From contig NC_068989.1 of the NCBI RefSeq assembly GCF_001194135.2, forward strand, positions 17,158,089 to 17,222,088: a stretch of DNA of 64,000 nucleotides, read 5' to 3'. Origin of the DNA: Octopus bimaculoides (lineage: Eukaryota). The translations under genes and the position numbers were made by a program. Each line of letters begins with the position of its first letter. The stretch's first letter is position 1. Below are positions 1-12,889 of this stretch, piece after piece. The notes under the pieces were generated by a model. It made no database searches and was not told the origin of the DNA. It saw only the letters and a list, made by a program, of their open reading frames with translations.

Positions 1-46
<46 letters not shown>

Positions 47-534
47 GTGTGTGAAGTGGTTAAGATGTTGCATTTATGATTATAAGTTTGTCGTTATGAT
101 TCCTGGGATTGGCAATGCGTTCTGTCCTTGAGCAAAACACTTCCTATCACGTTGCTCCAATCCACTCAGATGACGAAAATGTCTAAACCTGGGGCAGACC
201 GGAATCCCGTCCAGGGTAAGGAGGAATATATATATAGACACTACAGAATCCGGGAAAGCAACCTTATGAGCTAACGGCTAGGGAAGGATCCCTCGTCGTT
301 TTCGCTGGTATGTCTTTAATTAAATAGACAACAAAGGAGGAACGAAACCCACGAGTTTCCCATTGTTATTACAGCCATTTTCTTCTCCTATATAACCTAA
401 ACTCCGGTTTACCAACCGAACCACCTGCTAGCGCACAACCTTACTAAAAGACTGTACCTACCCAGCTAATAGCCAGGAGCGACTCTGGTTTTAATTATCC
501 CTTAGAGGTATTAAACCCCTCTAACTGATACCTA

Positions 535-571
<37 letters not shown>

Positions 572-1506
572 AGTAAAAATAAATACAAAAAAGGTGGGTT
601 TTTTGTATGATTGTGTATAGAGGAATATATTATTTTGTTTAAAAGAGTTCCAACACTGTCTGTTTTTTATGTTTTATTTATATTCCTGCAGAACCAATGT
701 GGGGTATAGAATATGGAATATACAATATATAATATAATATACAATATATAATATAAAATAAAATAAAATGGATGGCACCATGAAAGAAAGTATTGAATGT
801 AGATGAAATATNNNNNNNNNNNNNNNNNNNNNNNNNNNNNNNNNNNNNNNNNNNNNNNNNNNNNNNNNNNNNNNNNNNNNNNNNNNNNNNNNNNNNNNNN
901 NNNNNNNNNNNNNNNNNNNNNNNNNNNNNNNNNNNNNNNNNNNNNNNNNNNNNNNNNNNNNNNNNNNNNNNNNNNNNNNNNNNNNNNNNNNNNNNNNNNN
1001 NNNNNNNNNNNNNNNNNNNNNNNNNNNNNNNNNNNNNNNNNNNNNNNNNNNNNNNNNNNNNNNNNNNNNNNNNNNNNNNNNNNNNNNNNNNNNNNNNNNN
1101 NNNNNNNNNNNNNNNNNNNNNNNNNNNNNNNNNNNNNNNNNNNNNNNNNNNNNNNNNNNNNNNNNNNNNNNNNNNNNNNNNNNNNNNNNNNNNNNNNNNN
1201 NNNNNNNNNNNNNNNNNNNNNNNNNNNNNNNNNNNNNNNNNNNNNNNNNNNNNNNNNNNNNNNNNNNNNNNNNNNNNNNNNNNNNNNNNNNNNNNNNNNN
1301 NNNNNNNNNNNNNNNNNNNNNNNNNNNNNNNNNNNNNNNNNNNNNNNNNNNNNNNNNNNNNNNNNNNNNNNNNNNNNNNNNNNNNNNNNNNNNNNNNNNN
1401 NNNNNNNNNNNNNNNNNNNNNNNNNNNNNNNNNNNNNNNNNNNNNNNNNNNNNNNNNNNNNNNNNNNNNNNNNNNNNNNNNNNNNNNNNNNNNNNNNNNN
1501 NNNNNA

Positions 1507-2019
1507 AATCGACCCCGGGACTTATTCTTTGTAAGCCTAGTACTTATTCTATCGGTCTCTTTTTGCCGAACCGCTAAGTGACGGGGACATAAACACACCA
1601 GCATCGGTTGTCAAGCAATGCTCATTATTATACTCATTATTATGATTGACCGTTGACTGAACACTATTCAATTTTTTTTCTCCGTGTTTTTCTCCTTGTC
1701 TCCGTATTCTTTCTGTTGAAGAGCGTAGCTCGAAACGTCAAAGACTTTCCGTATTCCCGAGCGTCATACTAATATATACTTTTGTTATTTACACCACCTG
1801 TCCTCGTCTGTTGTTATTTTTTGTATAATCTCCCATATATATATATATACATATATACGACGGGCTTCTTTCAGTCCCCGTCTACCAAATCCTCTCACAA
1901 GGCTTTGGTCGGCCCGTGGCTAAAGTAGAAGACACTTGCCTAAGGTGCCATGCAGTGGGACTGAACCCGGAACCATGTGGCTGGTAAGCAAGCTACTTAC
2001 CACACACCCACTCCTGCGC
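1507..2019 (-). mobile_element. SINE family A interrupted by a Penelope-terminal-repeat-like insert (1622-1835)
   Basis: 3' half at 1507-1621 and head/body at ~1855-2019 are collinear with 43330-43752 on either side of the insert. Confidence 0.8.
1708..1744 (+). ncRNA. Minimal hammerhead-like motif (variant core) inside a ~210-bp Penelope-terminal-repeat-like insert (1622-1835)
   Basis: UCUUU CUGUUGA A GAGC gua GCUC GAAAC GUC AAAGA. 5-bp stem I, 4-bp stem II, palindromic ACGU stem III, GUC triplet; core has U instead of the conserved A6. Confidence 0.6.
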
Positions 2020-2393
2020 ACACACACATATGTAAAAGTATGTATATGTGTGTGTATTCATATTTATAACTTAACCTTATGTACTTTCTAAAATCTCTGA
2101 TGGAGCCTAGAGAAACACCCAAGTATCTCAATTTCATCTACTAATTACTTCAGTCCACTGGAGGGATAAAGGTAGAATGAGGTATTTTTGCCTCTTGGCT
2201 GAAACAGCTGTAAGATATTATCCCAATTTCTATTGCTATGTTATATTTTAATAATTACTGATATTTTATATTTTATATATTATATATGTAAAGCATAATA
2301 TGTCATACATATTGACATAATATAATGTCAATAATTTGATGAATACCACCTATTGATCCCATCCATTTTTTATTGCTCTCTCTCTCTCCCCCC

Positions 2394-2424
<31 letters not shown>

Positions 2425-2538
2425 NNNNNNNNNNNNNNNNNNNNNNNNNNNNNNNNNNNNNNNNNNNNNNNNNNNNNNNNNNNNNNNNNNNNNNNNNNNN
2501 NNNNNNNNNNNNNNNNNNNNNNNNNNNNNNNNNNNNNN

Positions 2539-2578
<40 letters not shown>

Positions 2579-4038
2579 GGGAGAGAGAAAACAATCAACC
2601 TTCCAACGGCGTTTGAATTATCAGAAATGGAGTAGAGCGTCTGATTAAATGTCTCGAAGTAGTGTCTTCTCTACATTGATCAAATTAGTTTTGCAATGTT
2701 ATTGTATTAGTGGCTAGGATATCAGGATGCAAAATCGGTTGTTCGTGCCTTATTACTCTTATTTCCAAGCGGACATATTTCAGTGCAGAGAAATATTTGT
2801 TCGTTAGCCACGGCTACTGGCTTCAAAGCCCTTTGATTGTATAAATGCTTACAGAGGGCCTTGACGATGCAAGTTCTATGCTGCTACTTTAATGGTTTTT
2901 GTACCTAAACGTTCCGTGTCTCTATTCCCGGCAACTTTGAACTGTACGTGGAGATAAAAGAACCGCACCAGTAGTAGCCATTAATAATGAAGTTCCCTAA
3001 AACTTTCAATCTCCTGCACTCTCATTCTTCAATGAGCAGTAATATGGCTTCCTTAGAATAAGATCCACTTGACATTTACTCTCCTATGTCACTCACCGGT
3101 GGACTCTCGCTTTAGAGAAGTATGAAAAAAAACAAAAAACTTGGAGGGATACATGGGTGGGTAGATAGATAGACAAACAGATACCTTGGTAGATAGCTTG
3201 AAATATATATATATATNNNNNNNNNNNNNNNNNNNNNNNNNNNNNNNNNNNNNNNNNNNNNNNNNNNNNNNNNNNNNNNNNNNNNNNNNNNNNNNNNNNN
3301 NNNNNNNNNNNNNNNNNNNNNNNNNNNNNNNNNNNNNNNNNNNNNNNNNNNNNNNNNNNNNNNNNNNNNNNNNNNNNNNNNNNNNNNNNNNNNNNNNNNN
3401 NNNNNNNNNNNNNNNNNNNNNNNNNNNNNNNNNNNNNNNNNNNNNNNNNNNNNNNNNNNNNNNNNNNNNNNNNNNNNNNNNNNNNNNNNNNNNNNNNNNN
3501 NNNNNNNNNNNNNNNNNNNNNNNNNNNNNNNNNNNNNNNNNNNNNNNNNNNNNNNNNNNNNNNNNNNNNNNNNNNNNNNNNNNNNNNNNNNNNNNNNNNN
3601 NNNNNNNNNNNNNNNNNNNNNNNNNNNNNNNNNNNNNNNNNNNNNNNNNNNNNNNNNNNNNNNNNNNNNNNNNNNNNNNNNNNNNNNNNNNNNNNNNNNN
3701 NNNNNNNNNNNNNNNNNNNNNNNNNNNNNNNNNNNNNNNNNNNNNNNNNNNNNNNNNNNNNNNNNNNNNNNNNNNNNNNNNNNNNNNNNNNNNNNNNNNN
3801 NNNNNNNNNNNNNNNNNNNNNNNNNNNNNNNNNNNNNNNNNNNNNNNNNNNNNNNNNNNNNNNNNNNNNNNNNNNNNNNNNNNNNNNNNNNNNNNNNNNN
3901 NNNNNNNNNNNNNNNNNNNNNNNNNNNNNNNNNNNNNNNNNNNNNNNNNNNNNNNNNNNNNNNNNNNNNNNNNNNNNNNNNNNNNNNNNNNNNNNNNNNN
4001 NNNNNNNNNNNNNNNNNNNNNNNNNNNNNNNNNNNNNN

Positions 4039-4079
<41 letters not shown>

Positions 4080-5145
4080 TAGAGAGAGAGAGAGAAAGAG
4101 ACAGTAGGAAGGAGGGAAAGAAATAGCAAGAGAGACAGTGGGAGGGAGAGGTAGCAAGAGTTAGAAATGCGGGTTCCCAAAAGTGGAACATGTAGTTTTG
4201 AGGATTGGTACAGAGTTATCGATTAAGAAAATAATGATTATAATAAATCAATGGAAATAGCCGAAGTGTATTTGTATTCAATATTTGGTGAAAGGGAAAA
4301 TAAATATTTAAATAAGCACGTATATGGAATGAAAGTCGGGTGAAGTATGGGTATGTATGTATGTATGTATGTATGTATGTATGTATGTATGTATGTACGC
4401 ATGTACGCATGACTGTATGTACGTATGTAGGAGGTTTAGTTTGGAGGGATATGAACTTATGAAACAACGTCTGCGAATTTGAAGATGTTCGTATTCGTTA
4501 AAAACAGATATTATAGAGAACTGAGTAAAGTGGTAACAGAATATTTTTCTAAGTTTCAAAAGGAATTAACTAGTGATAAAAATGATAAAAGTAGAGTATT
4601 CGAAGCAGAAAGATTTACTTAAAAATACTCTTACAAAAATTTGTATGATAACAAGTATTAAATAGCTTTTGATTTTTAGTCAACTGTACAATGTACATGT
4701 TTACAATANNNNNNNNNNNNNNNNNNNNNNNNNNNNNNNNNNNNNNNNNNNNNNNNNNNNNNNNNNNNNNNNNNNNNNNNNNNNNNNNNNNNNNNNNNNN
4801 NNNNNNNNNNNNNNNNNNNNNNNNNNNNNNNNNNNNNNNNNNNNNNNNNNNNNNNNNNNNNNNNNNNNNNNNNNNNNNNNNNNNNNNNNNNNNNNNNNNN
4901 NNNNNNNNNNNNNNNNNNNNNNNNNNNNNNNNNNNNNNNNNNNNNNNNNNNNNNNNNNNNNNNNNNNNNNNNNNNNNNNNNNNNNNNNNNNNNNNNNNNN
5001 NNNNNNNNNNNNNNNNNNNNNNNNNNNNNNNNNNNNNNNNNNNNNNNNNNNNNNNNNNNNNNNNNNNNNNNNNNNNNNNNNNNNNNNNNNNNNNNNNNNN
5101 NNNNNNNNNNNNNNNNNNNNNNNNNNNNNNNNNNNNNNNNNNNNA

Positions 5146-5307
5146 TATACGGCGGGCTTCTTTCAGTTTCTGTCTACCAAATCCACTCACAAGGTTTTGG
5201 TGGGCCCGAGGCTATAGTAGAGGACACTTGCCCAAGATGCCACGCAGTGGGACTGAACCCGGAACCATGTGGTTGGTAAACGAGCTACTTACCACACAGC
5301 CACTCGT
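5146..5307 (-). mobile_element. SINE family A, 5' half
   Basis: Near-identical to the reverse complement of 63745-63905. Confidence 0.85.
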
Positions 5308-5865
5308 GCAGCTTTCTTCAAAAATAACTCTGAACAATAATGTGGTGGAATTACTGTATCTAACTACTAGAGATCACAATAAGAAAAGCTACTTTTCATC
5401 ATTTAATAAAGACGGGAAGCAGTGCCCATAATCTTTACAAAGCCCCTTATATTGGGGGAGTAAAGAAGGTGTCCTCAAGCCGGGAGATTTGGCCCGAATA
5501 CTTTAAACGTTGTTGAAGCCGCAAGGTGACCTTTAGCGGTAATAGATGGTGATGACAAAATCGGTTAAGCGATTAATGCTACTATCCAAGAAGACCACGA
5601 CGTCTTCCAGCTCCAAACGCAAGACTCCATCCCGTCTGATGGTCTAATGATCCCGCTAATCCACAGTGCGAGAATGGTGCTTTACCAACTTCGGAAAGAT
5701 GCAAGAGAAGGTTGACTTCGGAGGAATTTGACCATAGAAAGCAAAAAGGAATTTTGCCATTGACTCTAACAAGACTGTCAATCCATTGCCTACTTTGACT
5801 GCTTTCTTAAACACTTATTTTAAAAATCATGTAAGTTATATTGAAATACGTATGTGTACAGATGT

Positions 5866-6115
5866 GGAGGCGCGTGGCTTAGTGGTTAGGGTATCAGCAC
5901 CATGATCGTAAGATTGTGGTTTCGATTCCTGGACCGGGCGACGCGTTGTGTTCTTGAGCAAAACACTTCATTTAATGTTGCTCAGTCCACTCAGCTAGCA
6001 AAAATGAGTAACACTGCGATGGACTGGTGTCCCGTCCAGCTGGAGAACACATACGCCATTGAAACCGGGAAACCGGGCCTATTAGCCTAGATAGGCTTTA
6101 AAAGGGTGCGTTTAT
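5866..6115 (+). mobile_element. tRNA-derived SINE family B
   Basis: ggaggcgcgtggcttagtggttaggg (A box) ... ggtttcgattcc (B box), body ttgagcaaaacacttcattt..gttgctcagtccactcagc. Related copies at ~50-215 (+), 31745-32030 (-), 55420-55775 (-), 55875-56000 (+), 56865-57130 (-). Confidence 0.8.
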
Positions 6116-6719
6116 TTTTATTTATATGTGTACAGATTAATTTGAAACACTATAAATTTATAAAAATTAATACGATTGCAATTATTACTTCGATTAAAAG
6201 CGCTGAGCGGCCTCAAATTAATTTAATTTGATACTTTCATATAATTCGTATAATTTGATACTTTATAATGACTGTAACACATTTAGGTTGTTAGTATTAT
6301 AATGCTTATACAATTAGGATTTAGAACAAGTGGTGTAATTTAAAGAAAAGTGGGTAAATAAAAATTAAATCTAAGGAAATCTAGTGTAGTGAGAGGTATT
6401 ACGTACAACATTTCAAATAAGATGAATCATTACAATATATGTTTTGTGTAAAATGTTATGCATAAATGTATAGAAATATAAACACGATTTGGAATTAGAT
6501 ATAATGTGTAAAAATAGTGCCTCTTAATTTTCATAAAAGTAACCAAATAGTTTGTAAGAAGCATAAAAGAGAAAAATAAAAATTGTATAATTTAAATGTA
6601 CAAAATGTTTTATAAATGATAGTTTGAAATTAATAAAACATGTTACTGAAAGCAAACATAAATGTAATAAGGTTGAATTAAAAAAGAATAGCTTAAAATT
6701 ATCTCCCTTTTTGAATTAC

Positions 6720-7190
6720 TAATAATTAGCGCTAGTTTATTTTTTGGTTATCATTCTCCAGCGTGTTAAGGTTACCTCTATAATTTCCATAGAAATTATA
6801 GCTACCCCTGATTTTATTACGACGTTTCGTATCCGAGACGCTAGATGTAAACAAACAATGAAATCGAGGATGAAAAATGGGTAATGGGTGTATATGCCAT
6901 ATTTCGGAAATTTTTGTTCCTTCATCAGCACCCATCTAACCTATTAATCATCCACAAATCTATTGCTTAAATAGTCACTACATATAGCGGTGTGACGTTA
7001 TTGAATATACCAAGTTATAACGAAATGCTGTATCCTTACAAGTCATAAATTTCTCTCCAGCAGTTCACCTGACCTCAGTGTCGGTTGATACCTATGAGTG
7101 TGCTTGGCTGTTCCAACACCTTAACCTCGCTGTCGCCCGCAGTAATACTGTATGTGTGTTGGTTCCAGTTAACCTTGTGGTGTGTACCCA
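6720..7190 (-). mobile_element. Penelope-like retroelement 3' remnant (GIY-YIG-like C-terminus plus terminal-repeat region carrying the hammerhead)
   Basis: Frameshifted pieces such as HQVHRLGTHHKVNWNQ and HTHRYQPTLRSG resemble Penelope endonuclease C-termini (H....GH..DW ... IR...P.LNRD.G). Followed by the hammerhead and a cgaaacgtcg motif. Boundaries approximate. Confidence 0.55.
6884..6935 (-). ncRNA. Type I hammerhead ribozyme (Penelope-associated type)
   Basis: Minus strand reads AUGGGUG CUGAUGA A GGAA caaaaau UUCC GAAA UAUGGCAUA UA CACCCAU. Perfect 7-bp stem I, intact CUGAUGA and GAAA core, 4-bp stem II, near-palindromic stem III, AUA cleavage triplet (predicted cut between 6891 and 6890). 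Confidence 0.85.
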
Positions 7191-7818
7191 ATCGATGCAC
7201 TTGGTGTTGAATTGATGTTTTTTCTTTCTTTCTTTCTTCCTCCTTTTCTTCTTTATAATCTTTACCCCTTTTTTCTTTCTTTGCCTAAGCGTTGGGGGTG
7301 TTTACGCCCCTGTAACCCAGCAGATCGACAAGCGAGACCGATAGAATAAGTACGAGGCTGAAAAAATATAAATACAGGGGTCAATTCGTTCTACTAATAT
7401 TCTTCAAGACGGTGTCCCAGCATGGCCGCAGTCTAATGACTGAAATAGGTAAAAGGTAAAAGAGAAGAAAATCCATCTGTCTGTCTGTCTGTCCGTCCGT
7501 CCGTCCGTCCGTCCTTGTGTCTGTTCGTCGGCTTGCCTGTGCGTGCGTGGGCATGCACGTGCCCGGATTTTTGTGTGTACCGGTTGCGATGCAATTTCCA
7601 TGTCCCAAATTCTACAGGTAATGTATTGATTAAAGCGATAGTAGGGCTGGAGACACTTGTCCAAAGTACCAAGATCGAATCTGACGCAGCAATCCTATAT
7701 AAGAATATATATATATATAGTGGTGTTTGACAGTACGTTTGGCGTCGTATAACAGTATACGGTTGTATATAACAGTATATATGATGTTTTATAACATTAT
7801 ATATAGTCATATATGAAA

Positions 7819-7867
<49 letters not shown>

Positions 7868-8425
7868 NNNNNNNNNNNNNNNNNNNNNNNNNNNNNNNNN
7901 NNNNNNNNNNNNNNNNNNNNNNNNNNNNNNNNNNNNNNNNNNNNNNNNNNNNNNNNNNNNNNNNNNNNNNNNNNNNNNNNNNNNNNNNNNNNNNNNNNNN
8001 NNNNNNNNNNNNNNNNNNNNNNNNNNNNNNNNNNNNNNNNNNNNNNNNNNNNNNNNNNNNNNNNNNNNNNNNNNNNNNNNNNNNNNNNNNNNNNNNNNNN
8101 NNNNNNNNNNNNNNNNNNNNNNNNNNNNNNNNNNNNNNNNNNNNNNNNNNNNNNNNNNNNNNNNNNNNNNNNNNNNNNNNNNNNNNNNNNNNNNNNNNNN
8201 NNNNNNNNNNNNNNNNNNNNNNNNNNNNNNNNNNNNNNNNNNNNNNNNNNNNNNNNNNNNNNNNNNNNNNNNNNNNNNNNNNNNNNNNNNNNNNNNNNNN
8301 NNNNNNNNNNNNNNNNNNNNNNNNNNNNNNNNNNNNNNNNNNNNNNNNNNNNNNNNNNNNNNNNNNNNNNNNNNNNNNNNNNNNNNNNNNNNNNNNNNNN
8401 NNNNNNNNNNNNNNNNNNNNNNNNN

Positions 8426-9065
8426 TGTTGCTTAATATGTTTTGCTAAAATTGCTGTTTCTTTTCAGATATCAGAAAAAGGTAATTAAAATTCATTAAAA
8501 TGACAGATCTATCGGACTGTGAAACATGTCAAATTGTTGGTGCTCGTATGGCAGGCGCTAGCATAACGGAAACAGCCGAAATGTTTGGTGTATCAAGAAG
8601 TACTGTCTCGAAAGTAATGACAACCTTTGAGAAAGAGGGAAAAACCTCCTCGTCGAAACAAAACTCCGGAAGAAAACCAAAACTTTCAGATAGGGACCGT
8701 CCTACTCTTACACGAATTGCTAGAAAGGATCACAAAAGTACATCTCCCAAAATTACTGCAGAGCTTAAAGACTACCTCCCAGTTTCCACAAAAACTGTTC
8801 GCGCCGGGAGCTTCACAAAGCCGGATTTCACGGGAGGACTGCAATAAAAAAAACCCCACTACTTTCAAAAACAATCGTTGTAAAGCGTTTAAAGTGGAAT
8901 AAAAACCTACAGAACTGGTCCCTAGAGCAGTGGAAGAATATTATTTTCTCAGACGAGTCATCCTTTACCTTATTTACAACCAGCGGCCAAGTATACGTGT
9001 GGAGACAGCCAAAAGAAGCATTTAATCCAGACCACCTTCTTCCAACTGTTAAACATGGAGGATGA
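8426..9065 (+). mobile_element. Tc1-family transposon fragment, decayed transposase N-terminal half
   Basis: ORF 8500-8847 MTDLSDCETCQIVGARMAGASITETAEMFGVSRSTVSKVM...SGRKPKLSDRDR (paired-like HTH). Later frameshifted pieces include IIFSDESSFTLF (first catalytic D). Left end lies in a gap. Confidence 0.85.
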
Positions 9066-9099
9066 TCTGAGACTAGTAAAGTCAGCAAAAACAATACGT

Positions 9100-9640
9100 A
9101 GCTTGTTGCATGGATCTCAACTATGGGATATGAAAGTAGATTTAGAGAAGAGATTGTAGTTTTCCCAGGTTGTCCATACAAGCTTGAAGCCAGATGTCCT
9201 GTGGCTTGAAAAGGTCAAGAAAACATTCCCAATTGAACTCACAGTCCCGAGGGAAGAGGGGTGTAATGAAGCCCATGAACGGAAGCGTGCCAGATAAGAG
9301 AGCATTCTGAGGATTTCAGGGAGAAGGGATGGCTTTTTCCAGTCAAGGTTGGCTGTAGGGGATTCTCTTGCTTAGTCGGAACGGAGGATGCTTACAACCT
9401 TTGGAACGAGAGGTAAGGAGTAAGGAGCGATTGTGCGCAGGATGGGAGAGGCAGCTGAAAGAGCCTCTTGTTGGCATTGGAGCAAGAGAGAAGAGTAAAG
9501 CTGGAAGCCAGAAGGAGAAGCGAGGAGCAGTGACTTGGCCATCTCTGCTGACCCACCAACGAGAGGGTGTTACGGTTCAGGGTCGAAACACCCGATGAAC
9601 GTTGGATACCATCTGATGACATCAGTTCCTCCTAGCCTTA
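9100..9640 (+). mobile_element. 3' end of a restriction-like-endonuclease (RLE) non-LTR retroelement (HERO/NeSL-like)
   Basis: DLEKRL*FSQVVHTSLKPDVLWLEKVKKTFPIELTVPREEGCNEAHERKRAR* ... VGCRGF ... AAERASCWHWSKR matches the RPD..LW...ELTVPWE ... VGCRGF ... AERAS.WLW pattern. Confidence 0.75.
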
Positions 9641-10060
9641 TTAAAACACACACACACACACACACACACACANNNNNNNNNNNNNNNNNNNNNNNNNNNN
9701 NNNNNNNNNNNNNNNNNNNNNNNNNNNNNNNNNNNNNNNNNNNNNNNNNNNNNNNNNNNNNNNNNNNNNNNNNNNNNNNNNNNNNNNNNNNNNNNNNNNN
9801 NNNNNNNNNNNNNNNNNNNNNNNNNNNNNNNNNNNNNNNNNNNNNNNNNNNNNNNNNNNNNNNNNNNNNNNNNNNNNNNNNNNNNNNNNNNNNNNNNNNN
9901 NNNNNNNNNNNNNNNNNNNNNNNNNNNNNNNNNNNNNNNNNNNNNNNNNNNNNNNNNNNNNNNNNNNNNNNNNNNNNNNNNNNNNNNNNNNNNNNNNNNN
10001 NNNNNNNNNNNNNNNNNNNNNNNNNNNNNNNNNNNNNNNNNNNNNNNNNNNNNNNNNNNN

Positions 10061-10101
<41 letters not shown>

Positions 10102-10683
10102 TGCATTTATATAGAGTGATATATAATCGTGCATATACTCGTATATGATAAGGCATGTAACGGGTACATATCGTGCATCATAGCAGTGCGATGCTTCAAC
10201 CAAGAGAAATATCTATTAACAAAGATTTGTTATTTTCATTTTTATTTATTTCAAAATTAATACAAATCTACAAAAGTTTAATAGAAGGTATATTAAGTGA
10301 ATAAATTAAAGTGTTCATTGTATAATAATTAATTGAATTATAATTGAGAGGTTACAACAACTGGATTTGCAGCAAATAGTGGATTTAATCGTCCTATTGT
10401 TCTCATACATGTGATTTATTGTGATTTTTGGGTTTGTGTAACTTTGAGTGTGATTGGCTGGATGACGAGTAAAAGGAAATTAATTATGGGTGTGCGATAG
10501 ATTAAAAGACTCGGGAGTAAATGGGTTAACTTTTGAAAGATAGGTACAGAAATGCAAAGAACAAAATATATTGTCAAAGAACAAGGGGAAGAAATGGGTT
10601 TTAGGATATAGGTGTGTATGTGTATACGAATGTATATAAGTATGGAGAAAGAGAAAAGGAAAAGAGAGAGAGAAAGAGGGAGA

Positions 10684-10749
<66 letters not shown>

Positions 10750-11457
10750 TGTTTAAAAAGTGGTTAGATCTCTGGGTTATAGTGCTGAATTTACAAAGCA
10801 AAGCATTGGAGATGAGGACGTATTCATCATACCATATGGATAGTTAATAGCAAGACTAGGGAGGATATGTGGCAGATGATAAATGGTAACAGGAAATCGT
10901 GAAACTATAGAGTACCGAACGATAAAGAAGAATATATCGGAATAAATATTAGAAATCCGATACATTTGTTGTCTAGTAGCAAGAAGCTATGAAATATAGA
11001 TGATTTAATGCTGTATATATATATATTTTACTTGCCACGTCTGATAGAAGGGGAAGTGCTCATAGGTCCGCAGGCCCTCATAGACTAATGAGTTCTATGC
11101 CATTTATGTTCTTCTTGCGTCAATATAAGTCAACACCTGAAGGAAAGATATGAGCTGAAAGGGAAATTTAGAGAGTCGACGTTCTAGAAAGAAAGGAACG
11201 AAGGTCAAACTGGATTGGGCCTGGTGAGGTTGCAATACGGATGATGAGAGGAAGGCACAGTCAGCTCTGAGAACCAGATCCCTTTATGATAATGGTAGAA
11301 AAGTTAGACGAGACAACACACCCGTAGGCCAGAGGCTGCAACATGTCTAAAACTTAATGCCAATCACTACGATTCTCTGTCTGAAGCAGCTGCAGCACCA
11401 CCCCACGTGAGGAATTCGTTATTATAACATTTATATATGTGATATACTTACCAATAA

Positions 11458-11775
11458 CTAATACTCTTTATAGAGAGTAGCCTCCCCAACCCAATGTAGA
11501 TCTACTTGATCAAATTCATGTAAATTCACACTCTTCAATTTTCTTGGTCCCATACGCATAATAACCCAAAATATTGATTCGAAATAAATACTGTCCCAAC
11601 ATTTCCATCCCAAATTTACAAGTTCCCTCACATGTTTCATACCGTACACCCTGCTGTACAAACTCCCATTGTGGCTATAATAACATTTGCACCATCCAGT
11701 ATAACTGCCACGAAATAACGTAATTGAAATATCCCAATATCCCAGTCCCCCAATACTCCAATGTGAGCGCACGCG
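11458..11775 (-). pseudogene. Probable L1/Tx1 post-RT fragment
   Basis: WSIGGLGYWDISITLFRGSYTGWCKCYYSHNGSLYSRVYGMKH resembles the GGLG..D....A....W.......SLW..V...KY block. Confidence 0.4.
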
Positions 11776-11833
<58 letters not shown>

Positions 11834-12889
11834 TACATATATACATACATATATACATACATATACACATAAATATATACATATATATATATATATACTT
11901 TATTTAAAAGCAGAAGAAATATAACAAAAGACTGTTACTCGGAGTTTCACATGGTGATAAATTATGGTTAATAATTTTAAGGATATCTCAAAAATAGAAA
12001 AAATCCAGAGCTTAGCAAATGCGGGGCTGAGAACAAAGCTATTGAAATTCAAATCCGACTTGCTTTCGGTAAATTTAGACCTTGTTCAAAAGTTAATTTG
12101 TGTTGTCTAAGCATTGGTTTATAATACAGTAGATTTTTTTGTCATTAGTATGCAAGTTTTGTATGCGATAGCCGTGATTGTATGACCAGTTTCTTTACAT
12201 AATAGCCATCAAAAAGTAACGATTATAACCGTACATTCTGTGAGGTGAAAGTAATGTCTGTGGATTTGTTTTAGGAATGCAGCTTTAAAACATCAGGTAA
12301 TTCTACTCCTGCTTTCCAAAATATAAAGAAATACTGTGAAAACTTGATTCAATGGAGAACTGAGATAAGACTGAATTAGTGTTTGTTATTATTTTCGTTT
12401 GTTTGTCATTCACAAAAATATTGCATAACAATATTTCTTAAGTTTTAGTTACATATTTGTTTACTGTATTTGAAATTACGTTAACCCCGCCACCGTCTCA
12501 AAACAAGGTATGTTTGTGCAAGTTAATAAGATTGATGGGGCCCTCGATAATTTTACTTGAGATTAACATTGATATTGATCTTATTCAACAATTCCTACTG
12601 TTTCTTTTAGTTTTTACATAATTTTTGGCTATCATCACCATCAACTCAGCCATCATCGTTTTCGTTGTCATTGCCCACTGATATATTTGTGTTCAACTTC
12701 ATTATTTTCGTCATTCATTTTCCCTCTAAAGTGCTAAACTGACCCGCAGAACAATGCACAGGTCAATTAACTATTTTAAAATCTCTTATTTAGAAACCTA
12801 TTTTTATGAGATATGGTGTTGCATATTTAGATGGACGTAAAAGAGACTAAAGGGGAGATAAGACAGAAGAAATGGAGAATCACTTCTGT

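Noticed and set aside
3097-3109. Possible 13-nt minus-strand microexon (aag|cgagagtccaccg|gtgagt)
   Set aside because: Splice-like signals of this length occur by chance; frame-shifting length and no supporting context.
5866-5945. tRNA-like sequences with A and B boxes (also at 60288 and 63740)
   Set aside because: They are SINE heads: no complete cloverleaf or acceptor stem, and they continue into repeat bodies.
6737-6931. Minus-strand ORF considered as a downstream exon of the filamin-like gene
   Set aside because: No filamin similarity; it overlaps the hammerhead/Penelope terminal repeat region.
9565-9622. GAAAC and CUGAUGA motifs near each other in the RLE 3' UTR
   Set aside because: Order and pairing do not fit any hammerhead topology.
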